The notes beneath the pieces are model-generated. The model ran no database searches. It was not told the DNA's origin and saw only the letters and a program-made list of their open reading frames with translations. Position numbers and translations under genes: made by a program. DNA of 63,229 bases, counting the filler, from Rhabdomonas costata (Eukaryota): the NCBI GenBank assembly GCA_019059605.1. It is 30 parts of 30 records of this genome, joined end to end, with 100 filler letters (N's around TTAATTAATTAA, not from the genome) between each part and the next. Parts side by side here need not be neighbours in the genome. Positions count along the whole stretch, not along the records: positions 61,219 to 63,229 come from JAHMHO010006448.1; 29 more parts are not named here. One strand, given 5' to 3'. The first letter of the stretch is position 1; every line of letters starts with the position of its first letter. Shown here one piece after another: positions 61,481-63,229 of the stretch.

Positions 61481-63229
61481 GCAACCCCCGCGAAAAACAA
61501 AATGCAGCCAACAAGACAAAAACAACATGACCGAACCGGTGTGCTAATTATTCAGAGACAGGAGGGCTTACCCCGCAGGCCTTAGTTACATTCAAAGATA
61601 TAAACCGTTATTTTGAAACATCGTGATTGATCACTGATGCTGTGCCGTGCGTTTGGGGAAAGGATGGATGTCGTGAGAGCGTATCACGGCCCACAAATCC
61701 CATCGATAGAAATGGGCATGAAAGCAATGGTCAGTGGTAACCCGGATCATGAATTCAGTGGATTTAATACTCAGCGCACACCAATCAAAACCTGTATGTA
61801 CTCAACAGCTTCTCATCAAAGAGAGCAGTACCATCCCTTTCCTCAAAACAGGTCCAAAAATCCATAGATTGTATCACCAGATTTGTACGAAAGAAACACA
61901 CGCACGTCGAATGGACGATGGAAGGCCATAGCCTCGTCGTCGTTGCTGTCGCCGGTGGTGTTTGTTGACTCGGCACATGGACTGCAACCATACCTACAGC
62001 CAAATTTTCCCAATCGATTGGTACAGGGTCAATCAGCCAAACCATTGCGAGAGGAAATATATTGCTCAGCGGCCCAGGAGCCAGAAGACAAGGGGATGTG
62101 AGGTAAACCAGTGGGTGACGCATGATAATGCGGAGACGCGGAAAAACAGATGGGAGAGCAACAGTAGCAGCAAGTGACGCACATAAGAATTGAGTCGGGC
62201 CTGATTCCGCGGAGGTGCAGATGAAACTAACAGAGCCGCACAGCAAGCAGGGAGGGAGGCATTCGCCAAGGGTTTACTCGGGTGGGGGCAGCTCCAGCAC
62301 TCCTGTTAGGAACATTACCAGCCAGTCTCACCGAAAAAATACTGTGCTGGAATCCTTATGATGAGACATCGCCACATAACCTCAGCACAAACACCGTGCA
62401 GAACCTTCCACCCTGACAGTTCGAATGTTGGGGAAGGGTGACATATTGGTGAATTTATACAAAACGTCGCCACACTGACAAAGACCTATGTCGGGATACG
62501 TTAGGGTTGGCGGGTCACTTATCCATTCTCAAAGTTAGTGTTTCTGATCCACATGTCAGGAAACGCCGTTACTTTTGAGATGCAGCGACCGGTCTATCAA
62601 TAGCAATCTCTTTCTGACCCGGAAACCCACAAAGGCAAAAAAAAACACCTTTCGGAAATAAGAAGTGCATCGGCATGTTAATTAGCCAAACAGGCACTTC
62701 CTGCCACGGGTGTGCCCTCTGGCGAAAAAAAGTCGCCACCCTGGCCCGGAATGAAACGTAAAAACATGCCTCTTTATGACCCATCGAAACATTGCATTAA
62801 TCACCCACAGGCAAAATAAAGCGACCAACCAAAAAAACAACAACAGAGACACAGACAAAACGCTCACCTTCGCAGGAGTACGGCGAGTGAACGTAGTGCA
62901 CAGGCATTTGATGTGCAGACGGCAGACAGAACCAAAGACTGTATGATGGAACAGAATAAAGGAAGAAGAACTCAGCGTCAAAACGAAATAGAATATAGAT
63001 AATAGAAAGACCAGCATTCCCGTTTCAACAGTGAGCGGTGCAAGGTTTCAGCAATCAGTTGAGGTTAGGAGGAAGTGTGATGTGCGTAATGGTTCTGAGA
63101 ACCAGAATCCGAAGTCCAGCGAATGTCTTTCGCTTCAGATACCCCAACACCACTTTCATTTTAGAGCAGATTGAACGGAAGGTGTTCCTGAGAAGTCAGG
63201 CTTGACCACAAATGAACACACCACCCACC

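Noticed and set aside
279..63017. Most short ORF-track entries of 60-200 aa
   Set aside because: They are antisense or off-frame shadows of GC-rich exons, or intron read-through. Real genes here are spliced.
1..63229. tRNA, rRNA, snRNA genes or an alternative genetic code
   Set aside because: No cloverleaf or rRNA-like segments were recognised by eye. Reconstructed genes translate with the standard code and end in TAG, TGA or TAA.

Overview
This window is not one locus. It is 30 unrelated contigs of about 2.0 kb joined by 29 identical 100-bp linkers (N44-TTAATTAATTAA-N44), so no gene neighbourhood can be read across linkers. Most contigs begin with a G/T-only tract and end with a C/A-only tract, and four carry terminal fold-back repeats, which points to a whole-genome-amplified template. 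The DNA is eukaryotic and intron-rich, with degenerate GT (one probable GC) donors and AG acceptors. Gene content and donor style suggest a euglenozoan, probably a euglenid (inference only). Gene fragments I could reconstruct by hand: an NLR-like pentapeptide+WD40 C-terminus, GID8/TWA1, a PDZ protein, a METTL21-type methyltransferase, a homoserine dehydrogenase domain with altered catalytic motifs, a probable receptor adenylate cyclase, a Cys-rich surface protein, a second WD40 protein, a TAF6-like protein, a cold-shock domain, an MFS transporter and an FHA protein. Mobile DNA: CRE-type non-LTR remnants, decayed Ty3/gypsy pol and gag-pro, a Merlin/ISXO2 remnant, a possible MULE remnant, and an apparently intact, intron-containing, divergent Helitron-type HUH Rep. 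I found no rRNA, tRNA, CRISPR array or multi-gene system. The best leads are the HET-E-like WD40 array, the Helitron-like Rep, the possible homoserine dehydrogenase pseudoenzyme, and an AT-rich contig with two convergent overlapping reading frames that the ORF track missed. All family calls come from motif recognition by eye; no searches were run.
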